Source of the DNA: Haliotis rufescens
Taxonomy: Eukaryota
Direction of reading: 5' to 3'
Assembly: GCF_023055435.1 (NCBI RefSeq)
Contig: NW_025963779.1
Span: forward strand, 47,802,001-47,866,000
DNA: 64,000 nucleotides
Part shown: positions 23,307-36,563 of the stretch, piece by piece
How the letters are laid out: each line of letters starts with the position of its first letter
How positions within the stretch are numbered: position 1 is the first letter of the stretch
The notes under the pieces: model-generated
Told to the model about the DNA's origin: nothing
Seen by the model: the letters and a program-made list of their open reading frames with translations, nothing else
Databases searched by the model: none
Translations under genes and position numbers: made by a program

Positions 23307-25330
23307 TGTTACAGTGCATATATTTCATTACACTTTTTATATTTTTAACAAATTAAACTTAAACTAGGAAATTCTAAAATTCGAAAGTCGCTAGACCAGT
23401 ATTACACTTTTTATATTTTTAACAAATTAAACTTAAACTAGGAAATTCTAAAATTCGAAAGTCGCTAGACCAGTATTTCTCGTTTTTATCGCCACTGGTC
23501 GACCATGACGGCTGCTCCTTGGCAAGCTCATTCACGCGAACAGTAAATTACATAATCATAGATAAAGTCGGCGCGTACGTCCGCCCCGGCCCTTGTTCTC
23601 TTGATAAATGTTTTGTTACCAGCTGGCGCAGGTTTTGACCACCATCTTAAACTGTAATTAAAATAAACTCTTCTCAGGCAATACTGATACCATTCTATTA
23701 CCACCTGCTTTTGTGTAGTCTTTTGTGTAGTCAACTTTGACAGATAACAGAGACCGAAATTACAACTTCAAAGTAATTGTTAATGTGATAAGAGTAGAGC
23801 TGTGGGGTATATAACTCCTTGGGTGTTGGTCCTCAGCACACTTGCTTGAATAAACCCTAAGGACCTCACAGCTCTCTTCTCTCTTGTTTCAAGGTAAGAA
23901 ACATTTAAATATTCCTATTTTATGACTAAACTTCTTATTTCATTGTTATTATTGTCTAGAAAATGTTATAGTTAAGTTGAATCAGTGCTGCCATATTGTA
24001 ACTCTCAATCTACTCTGTACAAGTTCTAAATGACTGCTCATTATATATATTATTTACTGTTTAATACACAGTAATTTCCCAGTGTTATTCGAAGTGTAAT
24101 GCGTCGTGGGCTCCTCCAGTTTATGTGTCATTAATATGCGGCACCAATAGTTCTCTCCTATATTTCGACATCCATGATTATTTTCTCCTTCTATGTCTAA
24201 CATCATCTGTTCAAAATACCAGATGCATATACAGTTTATATTTCCGTGCAGTAGCATAGCGTACATGTAGCTTAGTCACAAAACGGTTCCTAGAGTTAAC
24301 ACAACTGTTTCAAGCAAGATTTATTCTATACGTAGGTCGGTTAGTCCATATTTTCCGACAGTCCACCGATCAAAGGTTATATGAGCAGCTTTACCTTCCG
24401 TGTGCGCTTACAGAATAGGCTATAACAACGCATTCCATATTTCTTAGGTTTTATCCTCATTAAGTAAGTATTTGAATATACTTGTAAAGAGTCCCTTTCC
24501 TCATATAGTTGCATACGGTACAACACAACCTATACTACAATTTTATTACCGTAGTCATTTAAACAGTGTTATAGTCATCTTTTATACTTCATAACAACGT
24601 ACATTTAAATGCGCATCGTTTAAGTATACAATTGCCGTATTCACTCCATTAGCTGTTATCGTCTAGCTCCGTATATATATAGGAAATGTGCGTAGTCAAT
24701 AGCAACATAGCCGCCGTGATTCATTACCATAGTCACCAAAGTAATCACCACTAAAACTAATAATTACACTAACTAAAACCGAGCTATGTCTTCTACCGCG
24801 TACATTCGTATCTTTATTTAGATCAAGTATTTACTTTCCGTATTAGCCGAAATTATTATGTTGTGATAATTATTACTGAAACCACAAATATTAATGTTTA
24901 CCGTCTTTTCAAGTAAATGTCATGTTCCTCATCTAAGCAGTTTGTGCAGTCTACCGTACATGCTCTATTAAAATGTTACGACTACTCAATTTAGCTGTTA
25001 AGAAATGTTATTTAGCATTACGGTTATTATTCTAGTAAATACTGCATCTGTTGTATAATGTTACCATACATACTCCAATTTAAATACATTGCCTTTATTA
25101 TTATGCCTTTATTAGATGGACAATGTGTTAGCATATTATTATCATTATTATGATTGTACGTCACTATTATATATTAATTGATGTAACTTGAATGATAGCA
25201 CACTTGCTTGAATAAACCCTAAGGACCTCACAGCTCTCTTCTCTCCTGTTTCAAGGCTAGCTCCCAATAGCTAATTCCCCAAACCGAGGCCTGACAGTTA
25301 TTGGGATCACCCCAAAAAGGCTGTCTTAAT
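23307..25330 (+). repeat. Gypsy A 3' LTR (long form, 2024 bp) including a 1362-bp segment absent from the 5' LTR
   Basis: 23307-23893 matches 15191-15702 (plus 74-bp and 12-bp tandem duplications, 10-bp and 1-bp deletions); 25197-25330 matches 15644-15777; short purine run AGGGG upstream. Confidence 0.8.
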
Positions 25331-25348
25331 TGGTGGAGAATCCGGGTA
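25331..25348 (+). promoter_or_regulatory. Full-length primer-binding site, tRNA-Ala-like
   Basis: TGGTGGAGAATCCGGGTA immediately after the LTR end. Confidence 0.8.
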
Positions 25349-25476
25349 GCGTGAGTTTGCTGTGACTCACGCACGATCCCCCTACCCTAACTCGCAGCAA
25401 AGCAAATGGTAGTTCAGAGGTGATGGGAGACAAAAGCAGCGTCAAGCCGCCATCTTGACGGGAAAACGAAGAAACG

Positions 25477-25580
25477 ACAGACAGCAGCACAGCCAACCCA
25501 ATCGTCAGCAACAGACAGCAGCCCAGCCAACCCGATCGTCAGCAGCAGACAGCAGCCCAGCCTAACCGAACGTCAGCAAC
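25477..25580 (+). repeat. 35-bp tandem repeat x3 in the putative leader
   Basis: CAGACAGCAGC(A/C)CAGCCAACCC(A/G)ATCGTCAGCAA units. Confidence 0.8.
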
Positions 25581-27035
25581 AACGACATCCAGACAATATT
25601 CATGTAACCATGCTACCAACACTCAAGATCAAGTCGACCATCGTCAAGATTCTTTAGCAAGTGCCTACCGATATATGTGTGTGTGACAATATATTTGAAC
25701 TTTCGTTCCAAATCTCAATGTGTACTGTGCCTATACGTATTCCTACGGACATTCTTTTTCATATAAGGTATGTTATGTAATCGGGTATTATTGTTTCGTT
25801 GTCTTAAAATTTTGTCATGTTTTTCTTTAATGAGTATGTATTGCAATCTATGTATTGTTATCAGAGGTACATCCTTATCAGATTAAGTTTTTGAAATTGG
25901 CTAAGCTCCTACTCTATTCATGTCCTACACCCTACGCTTATACGCATTTAGTGCAGATCCACGATATCTGCGGGTTCCGAGTCATCCCATACAAATCAGA
26001 CTCCCGGTTTCAAGGATTTTACTTTTAATTTGTGGCCCTATAACCATTACTATAGACAATAGCTTTCACAAAGTTATCCAATACCCTACAATTTCCTGCT
26101 TATATCTTCATTTATTCCTTTTTGAGTATGTAAGCACTGAAATTATTTGTACTCTTTGTGAAAACTGATAAAATCGATGTAGTAGCAGCGATTGTAGAAG
26201 TATAATAAGTTAGGGAGCCTCGTTGCTTACCAAGCTTATTCAGTGGAGATTGTGTATACAGTCTATATCCTACTTCTTCGTTTTGCCGACGTGATTTTGT
26301 GCTTAATTATGATACCGGCGAAAATTATGTATATTCGTGCGATCAACCGTAAATGGTCTCTGGCACACAAAATACGATTCGTTCAAATATCTTCAAGACA
26401 ATTTCACATGATTGAATTTTTCATTACATTCCAGTTTAGACTTTTGAAGTTGGTTAGGTTTTGCATACACATTCTACTTTTTAGCGCAGATCACACTTCA
26501 CATCTGCTAGCCTTGTCGAGTCTAGGCTCACAATATAAGACTCCCAATTTCAAAGATCTTACTGTTATCATGAAAATATTACTTTCATATGCAAACGACA
26601 ACGCTTTACGCACATTATGTTTTTGTCCTTACGTCATCAGTGTACTTTACTTCAACAATGTTTATTGTCTGTTTCAATGTGATACCTGTGATCTAGCAGT
26701 CTGGTATTCCGACTGCAAGGGCGACCGCGGGCAGGATGTGCCGCTCGGTGGAAACTCTTCCCGTGTTCCTTGTGTATGAGCCGGAATCTCCGCTCACCTT
26801 TATTTTGTGTGTACGAGCCGGCACCTCCGCTCAACTTGTTAATGTTATGTATAGTTGTTTCATCGGTATTGACAATGCTGTTATTCACTTATTTACTTTT
26901 ACGCGCCTGTACATCTTATCTATTGTCATTTCATTCATCTCAGTCAAGTGTAGTGCATGAAGCAACAGCTTGTCAACCTGTCGATGTCACTTGCATTGTA
27001 CTGTACTTGTACTTCTACTCAATATTGTCACTGTT

Positions 27036-27802
27036 TGTGTCAGGTTATCTATGCATGTTTTAGCGCTGCAATACTGTGTGTCAGGCTACCTATTCAAGTG
27101 TCAGCGCTGCAATACTGTGTGTCAGGCTACCTATTCAAGTGTCAGCGCTGCAATACTGTGTGTCAGGTTATCTATGCATGTTTTAGCGCTGCAACACTGT
27201 GTGTCAGACTGCCTATGCACGTGTCAGTGCAGCAATACTGTGTGTCAGGCTACCGATGCACGTGTCAGTGCAGCAATACTGTGTGTCAGGTAATCAATGC
27301 ATGTTTTAGCGATGCAACACTGTGTGTCAGGCTACCTATGCACTGCACGTGTCAGTGCAGCAATACTGTGTGTCAGGCTACCTATTCAAGTGTCAGCGCT
27401 GCAATACTGTGTGTCAGGTTATCTATGCATGTTTTAGCGCTGCAATACTGTGTGTCAGGCTACCTATTCAAGTGTCAGCGCTGCAACACTGTGTGTCAGG
27501 CTATCTATGCACATGTCAGTGCAGCAATACTGTGTGTCAGGCTACCTATGCACGTGTCAGCGCTGCAATACTGTGTGTCAGGTTATCTATGCACATGTCA
27601 GTGCAGCAATACTGTGTGTCAGACTACCTATGTAAGTGTCAGCGCTGCAACACTGTGTGTCAGGCTATCTGTGCACGTGTCATCGCTGCAATACTGTGTG
27701 TCAGGCTACCTATGCACGTGTCAGCACTGCAACACTGTGTGTCAGGCTACCTAAGCATGTGCCAGCGCTGCAACAGTATGTGTCAGGTTATCTATGCATG
27801 TA
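27036..27802. repeat. 41-bp minisatellite, right part
   Basis: same unit as 14592-15190. Confidence 0.95.
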
Positions 27803-28118
27803 CCATGTAATTTTCTTAATTGAAAATTCTTAAATTAATCAGGCACTTGTTGTCGGCAGAAGCACTGAACCTTCAGCCGTCCGTACACTGATATAGGTCT
27901 CCTGGTCTCAATCATTGGTCCTTGAGAGGGGGTAGTGACTAAATGTTGAATATATTGCGGGTTAAGTCTGAATACTGGTTGTAGGAGTGAAAGCAGGAAT
28001 GAGATGCCTGTGTCTTCTGTGACCCTGTTTTATTTTATGCATAACGATTTTACGACTCGTACTTAACAAATTGATCATATTTTTTGATATATCAATGAAT
28101 GCAAAGCGATCTGCCCAG

Positions 28119-28500
28119 TGCAGTAATTCGATATATACAGTGTAGCAGTTCGATACATACATTGTTAAAGTAGCAGTTCGATATAAACAGTATGATACAG
28201 TTCGATATATACAGTGTGTCGCATTCGCATTTTGATATAAATAGTAAAGTAATTCGATGTATACAGTGTTACAATAGCAGTTCGACACATACAATGTAGC
28301 AGTTCTATANNNNNNNNNNNNNNNNNNNNNNNNNNNNNNNNNNNNNNNNNNNNNNNNNNNNNNNNNNNNNNNNNNNNNNNNNNNNNNNNNNNNNNNNNNN
28401 NNNNNNNNNNNNNNNNNNNNNNNNNNNNNNNNNNNNNNNNNNNNNNNNNNNNNNNNNNNNNNNNNNNNNNGCAATGAAACTGTTCGCTATATACATGGTT
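28119..28500. repeat. Degenerate short tandem repeat (TAGCAGTTCGATATATACAG core) running into the gap at 28310-28470
   Basis: recurring GCAGTTCGATA(C/T)ATACA motif before the gap and a similar motif after it. Confidence 0.7.
28310..28470. other. assembly gap (N run)
   Basis: Ns. Confidence 1.
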
Positions 28501-29679
28501 ATACATTGACTGTCATACAGATTAACACACGCATACCGTATACATTACAAATAGAGAGACATGACCACGATGCACATACCAGCAGAAATGTAGAGTGGCA
28601 ATTGTTGGTTTGACTACTGTATTGAAAAACGGAGTGACAGGTGTCCGGCGAGATCACCCTCAACAATGGGCTTATTGTGGGGTTAATCCCGTCTGCTGGT
28701 GTAGGTAGCATGGGTGTGGGGGCCTTGGAGTCAGTGGGGAAGTGTCTGCATTCAAGTGGCTTTATACCTCTTATCCCTGTCACCAGGTAACTGTCCCACG
28801 GGCATGACTAACTGTTTCCCTGGAGCACAGCACCCCCTGCCATGGCGGAAGAGGTTCAGGAAAGGAGGAGTTAAAAAAATCTAAACGGTATATAGCATGT
28901 TCCAAACCGTATATAGTCATGATATGTTATATGTCATTTGTTGTTGTACCGATCTACGCTTGTAGTTTCCTCGTTTACTGGTATAAGTATAAGGGGCCAC
29001 ACATTTAGGGTTGTTGTTATGGCCTGAAGCTTTTGTTTGACACGGATTATTTTAACAGCACTTCAAGACATACAACGAGAACACATTTTCACAACCTGGG
29101 GACAAATGCATTTTTTAAACAAATCCTAGTCCCCCATAATATCAAACGTGACGGCCCTTGAACTAAATCAAGTGCACTTGCAAATAAAATTAGAAGAAAC
29201 ATACATTCTATCACAAATGAAGATCAAAATACATTGGTAAATGTACACGATTATTCTCTGATCGAATACACAATATTGATTGTATGGATATACTAGGCAT
29301 ATTATTGCCCATTGATTTCGGGAAAGCAATCGGGAGTATAGACTTGAGTTAGAAGAGGACACGTTGGAAATGTTATGATCCAGTGCGCATGTAAATGGGT
29401 TTCCTTCCCATCTAATGCCTCCTCCTCCTCGGAAGAAAGCAAAATCTGTTCAGTGAGTGTGCAAGATGATCGCTTCAGTTTTCCCGGATTTAAATGGAAA
29501 ACTACTGCTCGATATTTCCACCGTATCTCAAACTTGAAGAAATACCTAAACCTAAATGAACCTATAATAATAACTGTGAAGTCTAATCATGACCTGCAAA
29601 CGTCTTACAATTCAGCACTGAAAACATGTCCATAATTAAACGTCACTTATACCTCCTGCACTCATTCTTCTTCGCTACT

Positions 29680-29780
29680 TCGGGCCGTGATAGCGCTTCA
29701 GACCGTGGACCAAGAGGCCCGGAGTTCGATCCCGCCCAGGGGTCTCGGTATCGCGGTGAAGAACAGTTCTACACACAGTG
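29680..29780 (+). mobile_element. Possible tRNA-derived SINE head
   Basis: B-box GAGTTCGATCCC at ~29721 in a GC-rich tRNA-like segment; no complete cloverleaf. Confidence 0.4.
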
Positions 29781-31597
29781 AGGATAGGGTGCAATGCTGC
29801 AGTGAGAGTCTAAGGTCATGTTTCAAATCTGTTTGAACTGTCCCTTTGAACTGAAACTTCGCCTCCACCTGTCACTCAACAACATGCCCACAAACCGTGC
29901 TCTATCTGGGCAAACCTCTAGTATTGGAGGGGAAACTCATTTGTACCATGTCTTTAGGGGGTTTCAGTCTGAGTTCACGTAATAACTGATGATCTACCAT
30001 GATAGTTATACCACTATCATAAGACAGCTTAGTCCTGCTTTTACACATTTCTATAGATTGGTTAGATATGTGTCTCGCTGCTTTCTATTGAAATCTAGCG
30101 ATGAAGGTTGTGGCTAAAACCAGTCAATCACTGACCTGCTTCGACACAGCAGACACACACGTGGTGTAACTAGGATGATACACCACGATAAGCTTGAAGG
30201 GACGGACACACTGACATGGTAAAGTTACACAGTAAAACCTGATTTGCCTTTTTTGTTTTATTGTACATGAATTTTACAGAAAGTCGTGTACTTAAAAGTT
30301 CTGCAGACACGTTAATCATGCTGGGTTTACTGTGCAGTATTCGATCACACCCGCAACATACCGATGGCTCTGTCCAACTGCTCTGCGGCTTGTCGAGGCA
30401 TGTTCGTTGTTTTACACGGTTTCATGTGATGAGAGAGTACAATCCTGCTCATGTTTTAAGCTAGATTTCATACGGGTAACTTTGTGCACATTTTGCATTT
30501 TTTAGTGATTATATTCACTTTTCTCACAAATCACGTGAAGCGCGTACATGTTCACAGGGAATAGGTAAGTTGCATTCCAGCTATGTGTTCCCAACTATTT
30601 TCTTGCTGTTTGGCAAATGTGTTGAAAACAGACGACCATTATTTATTTGGTGGCGTTTCTTTTGCCCACAAGTTTATGTCAGCCAATTTGTAGAACTGTG
30701 CTGTTTGCTATTAAGAATTTCTGAAATGTAAACATATCAAGAGCAGAACTCAAACATCATTTGGTATTTGTCAAGAAACATTTAGACACACAACCCAAGA
30801 AGAAATTGAAATTGGTTTATAACACTTGCAAGCCCAAACATCCAAAATCTTTGACATTACAGTGGAAAAGCGTTGACTGCATCTGCCATTTATGTACAGT
30901 CAAAAGCTCTAGGTTTATAAATTCCATACTTTTCATTCAGTTTGCCCATCATTACGCATTCATACCGAATGCACCAACAACTTAGAACATATTGGTTCTC
31001 AATATATGTATTTGGTTGCTAGCGAAAGCTGCAGGCCGGGTATGTAAGCTTTGCTAACTTTTCCCTTGTTAAATCATTCTGCTTTATTACCCACGAGGGT
31101 AGATTGATTAGGTGATTTGGGATTACCACCCTTTCAACAATAACCTCTACCATGACTGTAGTAGATACTCGATTCTGATTGGTCAGTTGACTGTAATCAG
31201 AGGTATTAAAGTACGTTAAGTTTTGTCTCGGATTTATTGGCGCACGAAAGTATCAATGAACGTCACTACTTTACAGACATCAGTCGGTAGCAATTTTTAA
31301 ACGTTAATAACTTCAAATATAAGCGGAAAATGTTTGTGAAAACACTCTTAAAATATTATATTTTGATGTACCATCAAATTAATTCAGACATGGCCTGCGA
31401 TATAATGCTGAATTTCAATAAGCTGAATCTGTGGAAATGTCACACCAGGTCAGCATTTGACGCAAAGTGTTGCACACTGTGATTTTCATTTAAAACCTCA
31501 GTTACATTCATCTCCTAAACAGTTGCATATGGGCGGCCGGTGTTGGTACGTGCATAGGCTGGAATCGAGGGGAAAAGTTGATACTATGGGTACAATC

Positions 31598-31702
31598 GCC
31601 TCGTTTCACAGACCAGACTGAGTGTTAGGGTAACCTTATCGTCATGTCGTTGAAATAGACTTATGATAACTGTAGTGCTAAGGCTACTTTGTGAAACGTG
31701 GC
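31598..31702. mobile_element. Short MITE with terminal inverted repeats
   Basis: GCCTCGTTTCACA ... TGTGAAACGTGGC (12/13 inverted match). Confidence 0.6.
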
Positions 31703-34245
31703 CCCGACCTTCAGCATTGCATCCAGCCTAAATGCGCGTAGAACTCTTTTCCATTGCTCTGAAGTAAATAAAAGTGGGTTTATTGAAGACTTGGGTAAGA
31801 AATACAATATACACCTACATGACCCCTACCATGTTTAAAGTGCTATTCATTTGTGCCAACAAACGTAAATCAATTCATTTTCACAGATAAGAGGGCCAAT
31901 ATGTCATACAAAGCAGCAGTTTTGATAATAATATTTAAAAAAAAAATTAAATCATACAGTGGTATTCTTTGAGTACTATTCATTTTTTGGGATACTATGT
32001 CTGCAACTGGAGAAACGTGAAATTGAAAAACAAGCACATGATAAAATCAACTGAGATGCGTACTTTCTTTTGTTTGCCCGTCAGTTTAGATATAGACAGG
32101 TAAATAAAGATCGATAGACATGTTGTATAAACTCACCAGCCGTGACCTTTGACAGATTTGACCCCAAACCAAACCACATCGACACTCCTCCTTCTGGATG
32201 AATTGTACCAAGTTTGAAGGTAATCCGATTAATAGTCAGTTATTGTGTCCCCATGCTTTTCTGAGCTATTTCTTGTAAACGATGACAATGACTAATAGAA
32301 GTGGTGCAGTGCAAAGTATGATTTTAATATGTTCTAAGAAAATATGTATTTTTACATGTTTTGAACTTGGAATTGTTTTAACTTCAACCTTTGTGTTACC
32401 TATAATTGATAACTGCTTCATGAAGTATTTTCCAATTGGCGGTACAGTTTCTATACCAGGAAAGGATAGGTGCAGTGCAAAGTTTGATTTCGATAAGTGG
32501 ATTTTCTGAGAAATATTGCTTTCTTCATGTTTGGTATTTAGAAATACGTTGGGAGTCAAGGTCGAGGGTATTAGTGAGCCTGCATTTTGCCTTGTTTATA
32601 TACATGACTGTGTAGACATAAATGGACAACTTTTATAATTCAAAACAAACTTTTTCAAATGTGTATTAATGCACTACCAACTTCCTATATTAAGAAATTA
32701 CCTTTAAACTATCCAAAACAGATATATCCTGTATTCCATTCCACTTGCGTAATTTTATCGGGAGACGGAAGGAGTGTAGAGGTGTTTATTACCCACATGG
32801 TGAAGATGCAGGTGGTAAGATACTAAATCCGTACGTCACACGTGTGTCGTATAAGGTTGACATTGTTTCACTCGTTTTGATTGGAAAACCGTGACCTCTG
32901 TCACACCGGGACTACTTTTTTCATTCATAAGAAATCGCGAGACGTCATTTATTTTGCGACTACAAGGCAGAAATGAAGCAATCTCATGAGAGAGAGAGAC
33001 ATATTTACAAACACCTTATTAAACCAAAAAAGATGTCACACGCATCAAATTCGGTTTGCATTCTATATAAGTTATGCATACAGCTTTTACAGACAATATA
33101 TAATCGAGCTATATTCATTTACAATGTACGACTACCGATCAATAGACGGTCCCCATGAGCGTGACGCACCCAACCACTTTCGCAACTTTCAATTTGATTT
33201 AACGTAAAAGGATAAGCGTGGTGAAATGGAGTCAGTTTAAACTATGTGGAGAGATATCTAGACTTACTTTGGATGATCCGGTTGTACCATCAGTGTCCCC
33301 TTCGAAGCGTATTTTGAGGCACTGTTTCGGGAGTTGTTTGTTCACGACTGCACGATCAGATCACTCAAAGTAACATTTCCGATACAAATCATTCGAAAAC
33401 TCCGTAGAAATGTGCCTGATATCTGATTATGTGGCCGAAAATATCCCAAATGTGAACAATAACATTCCCTATCTCCAGCGTAAAACGGTTGTCTTTTCTT
33501 ATTCCGGTGGTGACCCTGCCCTTCGTTCGAAGCTGTCACTGACATGCAAGCAGACTTGAGTTTGTTGATTTTCATGTCTTCAGTATAGGGTAGATCAGTT
33601 AACACGAATGTCTTTGGCGAACACTCTGATTACCCTCTTCCAAAATGGTACGGACATGATTCAGCTGATACAGTGAGGATCAAGAAAACCGAATCATTTT
33701 GAATGTACAGACGGAATCCCGACAGTGCGAGTGATCGACTGTTGGTCCGATATTCAAAGCGCGGCGCTAATGTGAATTTTTCAATTTTCTTATAGGTTTC
33801 CTTCGTACTAACAAAATGGCGCTTGAATTACCATTACCTGAAGGAATTCTTCCCAAAGGATCTTCAGCGTCGGTGCTGTTATTTGCAAACACACTGCAGG
33901 CGCATGTTGTTAATGCGTATGCATAGAAATGTCAACATTGCCCATATTTCGGCATATATCAATATTCATGCGCAACCATATTTTGCAACCTGTTTCAGTT
34001 TGGTCTGTCAACAAACGAAAGTTGTTACGTATTTACACTTCAATATACATTTAACGTGGGTAATAAAAAAAGTACCACACTCATTCTCGTAAGATACCAT
34101 CTAATGAGAATGAGTGCAGTATTCTCTATTTATTATATACTCCATTTTGTAAACAGAAACCAAATGGAACTTGGTTCTGTAGTGAATGTGGGAGAGAATT
34201 AACTCGATAAGATTATACTCAAAGGCAAACGTTCTTGTGAGAAAC

Positions 34246-34420
34246 AAACAGAAAGATGATCGGTCAAACAGTTGTACTGCTGTAAATGGAGTTAGGTAAC
34301 ATGGAGAGAACAATGTCTGATGGAATGGTAACAAAACAGAAAGATGATCTGTCAAACAGGTGTACTGCTGTGTATGGTATACGGTAACATGGAAAGAACA
34401 ATGTCTGATGGAATGGAACG
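34246..34420. repeat. Two-copy ~88-bp tandem duplication
   Basis: AAACAGAAAGATGATC..CAAACAG..TGTACTGCTGT..GTAACATGGA..GAACAATGTCTGATGGAATGG occurs twice. Confidence 0.85.
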
Positions 34421-34886
34421 TCACAAAAACTTTTGCCATTGAGCATCAATATACACCCTCTAGAGCACAAAGCACAAAGTTCAGATTGTTTCAATGTTCT
34501 TCATAGATTTCTGTCGACTACATATACGACTACGACGTTTTTTTATAAAATGGGATAGGTTGAAAATATCCTGTGTTCATGACGCAAAGGAGAAAGAGAT
34601 ACACTAAAACACCTTCAATGTGAAATGAACTGGAAAACTGGATTGAAGATAAAAGAGGAACCAAAATGAATGTAATAATGTAGATGAATCTGACAAACTT
34701 TAAAAAGACACTCAAAACCTGTCTCTTCAAGGGAGCCTTTGCCTAGATCAATCATGGCTATGGCGCATTTGAGCAGTTGTTAATTGGAAAATATTCAAAT
34801 TCTTAATTTAATTCCATGTAATTTAAACCAACACAATCTTTGAGTTTCTGGTCTTTTATCATTCGAAAACCTAAAACATCGGAAAA

Positions 34887-35586
34887 CTCTCCTACAGCCT
34901 CTATAACCAGGGCACGTTATGTGACTATATCTCCTACAACCTCTATAACCAGGATACGTTATGTCACTACATCTCCTACAACCTCTATAACCAGGGCACG
35001 TTATGTGACTATATCTCCTACAACCTCTATAACCATGGCACGTTATGTGACTATATCTCCTACAACCTCTATAACCAGGACACGTTATGTGACTATATCT
35101 CCCTACAACCTCTATAACCAGGACACGTTATGTGACTATATCTCCTACAACCTCTATAACCAGGACACGTTATGTCACTACATCTCCTACAACCTCTATA
35201 ACCAGGGCACGTTATGTGACTATATCTCCTACAACCTCTATAACCATGGCACGTTATGTGACTATATCTCCGTACAACCTCTATAACCGGGACACGTTAT
35301 GTGACTATATCTCCTACAACCTCTATAACCAGGGAACGTTATGTAACTATATCTCCTACAACCTCTATAACCAGGGCACGTTATGTGACTATATCTCCTA
35401 CAACCTCTATAACCAGGGCACGTTATGTGACTATATCTCCTACAACCTCTATAACCAGGACACGTTATGTGACTATATCTCCTACAGCCTCTATAACCAG
35501 GGCACGTTATGTGACTATATCTCCTGCAACCTCTATAACCAGATCACATTATATCACTACATTTCATACATACTCTATAACCAGGG
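34887..35586. repeat. 42-bp minisatellite (CTCCTACAACCTCTATAACCAGGGCACGTTATGTGACTATAT), about 16 units
   Basis: 42-bp period seen directly. Confidence 0.95.
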
Positions 35587-36563
35587 TTCTCCACATCTCA
35601 GTCTCGTTAACGCTGGCACCATGATATTGCTACATTCCTGATCCTGTTATGAATGTAGCTGTACTCTTGTTCCGCCGTCCATAGCTATCTCCAACAACAC
35701 GACTTGATGTGTGTTGATGACAGCGTGGATGCGCTCAGATTGACTACGTCGGCCTCAAACCGAGACACGTTAACAAGGAGAAGCATATAGACAGATAAAA
35801 CACTATCTGTGCGTCAAGCGGCACTTTCTCCTTGAGCTACAAAAACGGAGATAAATTTTAATCAAGATTAATGGAAACCGTTTTTGAATAGACACAACAG
35901 ATAAAGGTGCCAGTGTATGGATGAACAATATGATAGCGAGCTGCTGTATTTCGGAATTAATCATTTTGAGGAAAACTATAAATGTGCACATCTGCCTCCT
36001 TGCTGAATGTTTACAGCTACATGTACCATATCCTTGAACCCAGTTATTTGTTGCTGGGACCACCGACATGTCTACCTTTACTCAAGGAACAATATGTATG
36101 ATTATTTAAGTCCAAATGAGAGAAATAACATTATTCTAATCTTATCGTGGTTCTGAAAGACAGCATAATTTTAACCGCACTTGATGAACAAGCCAACATG
36201 GATGGCAATAGCTTCTGAAACTCATTTAATAACCTTGCTTGTGTTTTTAACATTTCCTGTATATCTTTGCTTACTTGGGCCAGGCACTTCCCTGAGTGTC
36301 AGGTCTTATCTCCATCAAGGACTTAGAAATGAAATATCAATTACCAAAAAAGCAAACATGCTGAACCTTCGACTAGAATAAATAGAGATGGGTAAGAAGA
36401 AGCTGGGAAGTGAAACCAAAGCAATCGAAAGTGTTTATTATTTTGACTACAAGGACTGTAATTGGGGAGGACTGTAACTGTCAGGAATGAGATGGACAGA
36501 TAAACGCGTACGTGTCTGGGTAACGATCTACCCATGTCGCAGTTAAATGATCAATAGTGTAAG

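Larger units (their letters stand above)
15191..27035 (+). mobile_element. Ty3/Gypsy LTR retrotransposon A (chromodomain integrase), defective, followed by a partial second head-to-tail unit
   Basis: LTR copies at 15191 and 23307 starting TGTTACAG; gag-PR-RT-RH-IN-chromo domain order; PBS at 15778 and 25331; 41-bp satellite on both sides. Confidence 0.9.

Noticed and set aside
15191-25340. DIRS/Ngaro-type split direct repeat architecture for element A
   Set aside because: The element encodes a protease and a DDE integrase with a PBS, and no tyrosine recombinase; the split pattern is explained by an indel within the LTR.
14570-27833. Cys-rich, metallothionein/keratin-like ORFs (CQRCNTVCQA...)
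   Set aside because: The 41-bp unit is not a multiple of 3 and cycles through all frames; minisatellite artefact.
28600-28880. GC-richer segment resembling a LINE 5' UTR (a similar segment lies at 57280-57545)
   Set aside because: No adjoining ORF, TSD or recognisable ribozyme core; cannot be supported without a database search.
29300-29550. Open ~80-codon minus-strand frame after a possible acceptor (candidate host exon)
   Set aside because: No recognisable domain and no linked exons; this length can occur by chance.
32130-32250. TGACCTTTGAC..CCAAGTTTGAAG motif typical of molluscan Helentron/HINE-like repeats
   Set aside because: Short and degenerate; boundaries cannot be defined.
34840-35641. 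Mucin-like Thr/Ser ORFs (TISPTTSITRARYV)n
   Set aside because: 42-bp minisatellite with two +1 frame breaks and no exon signals.
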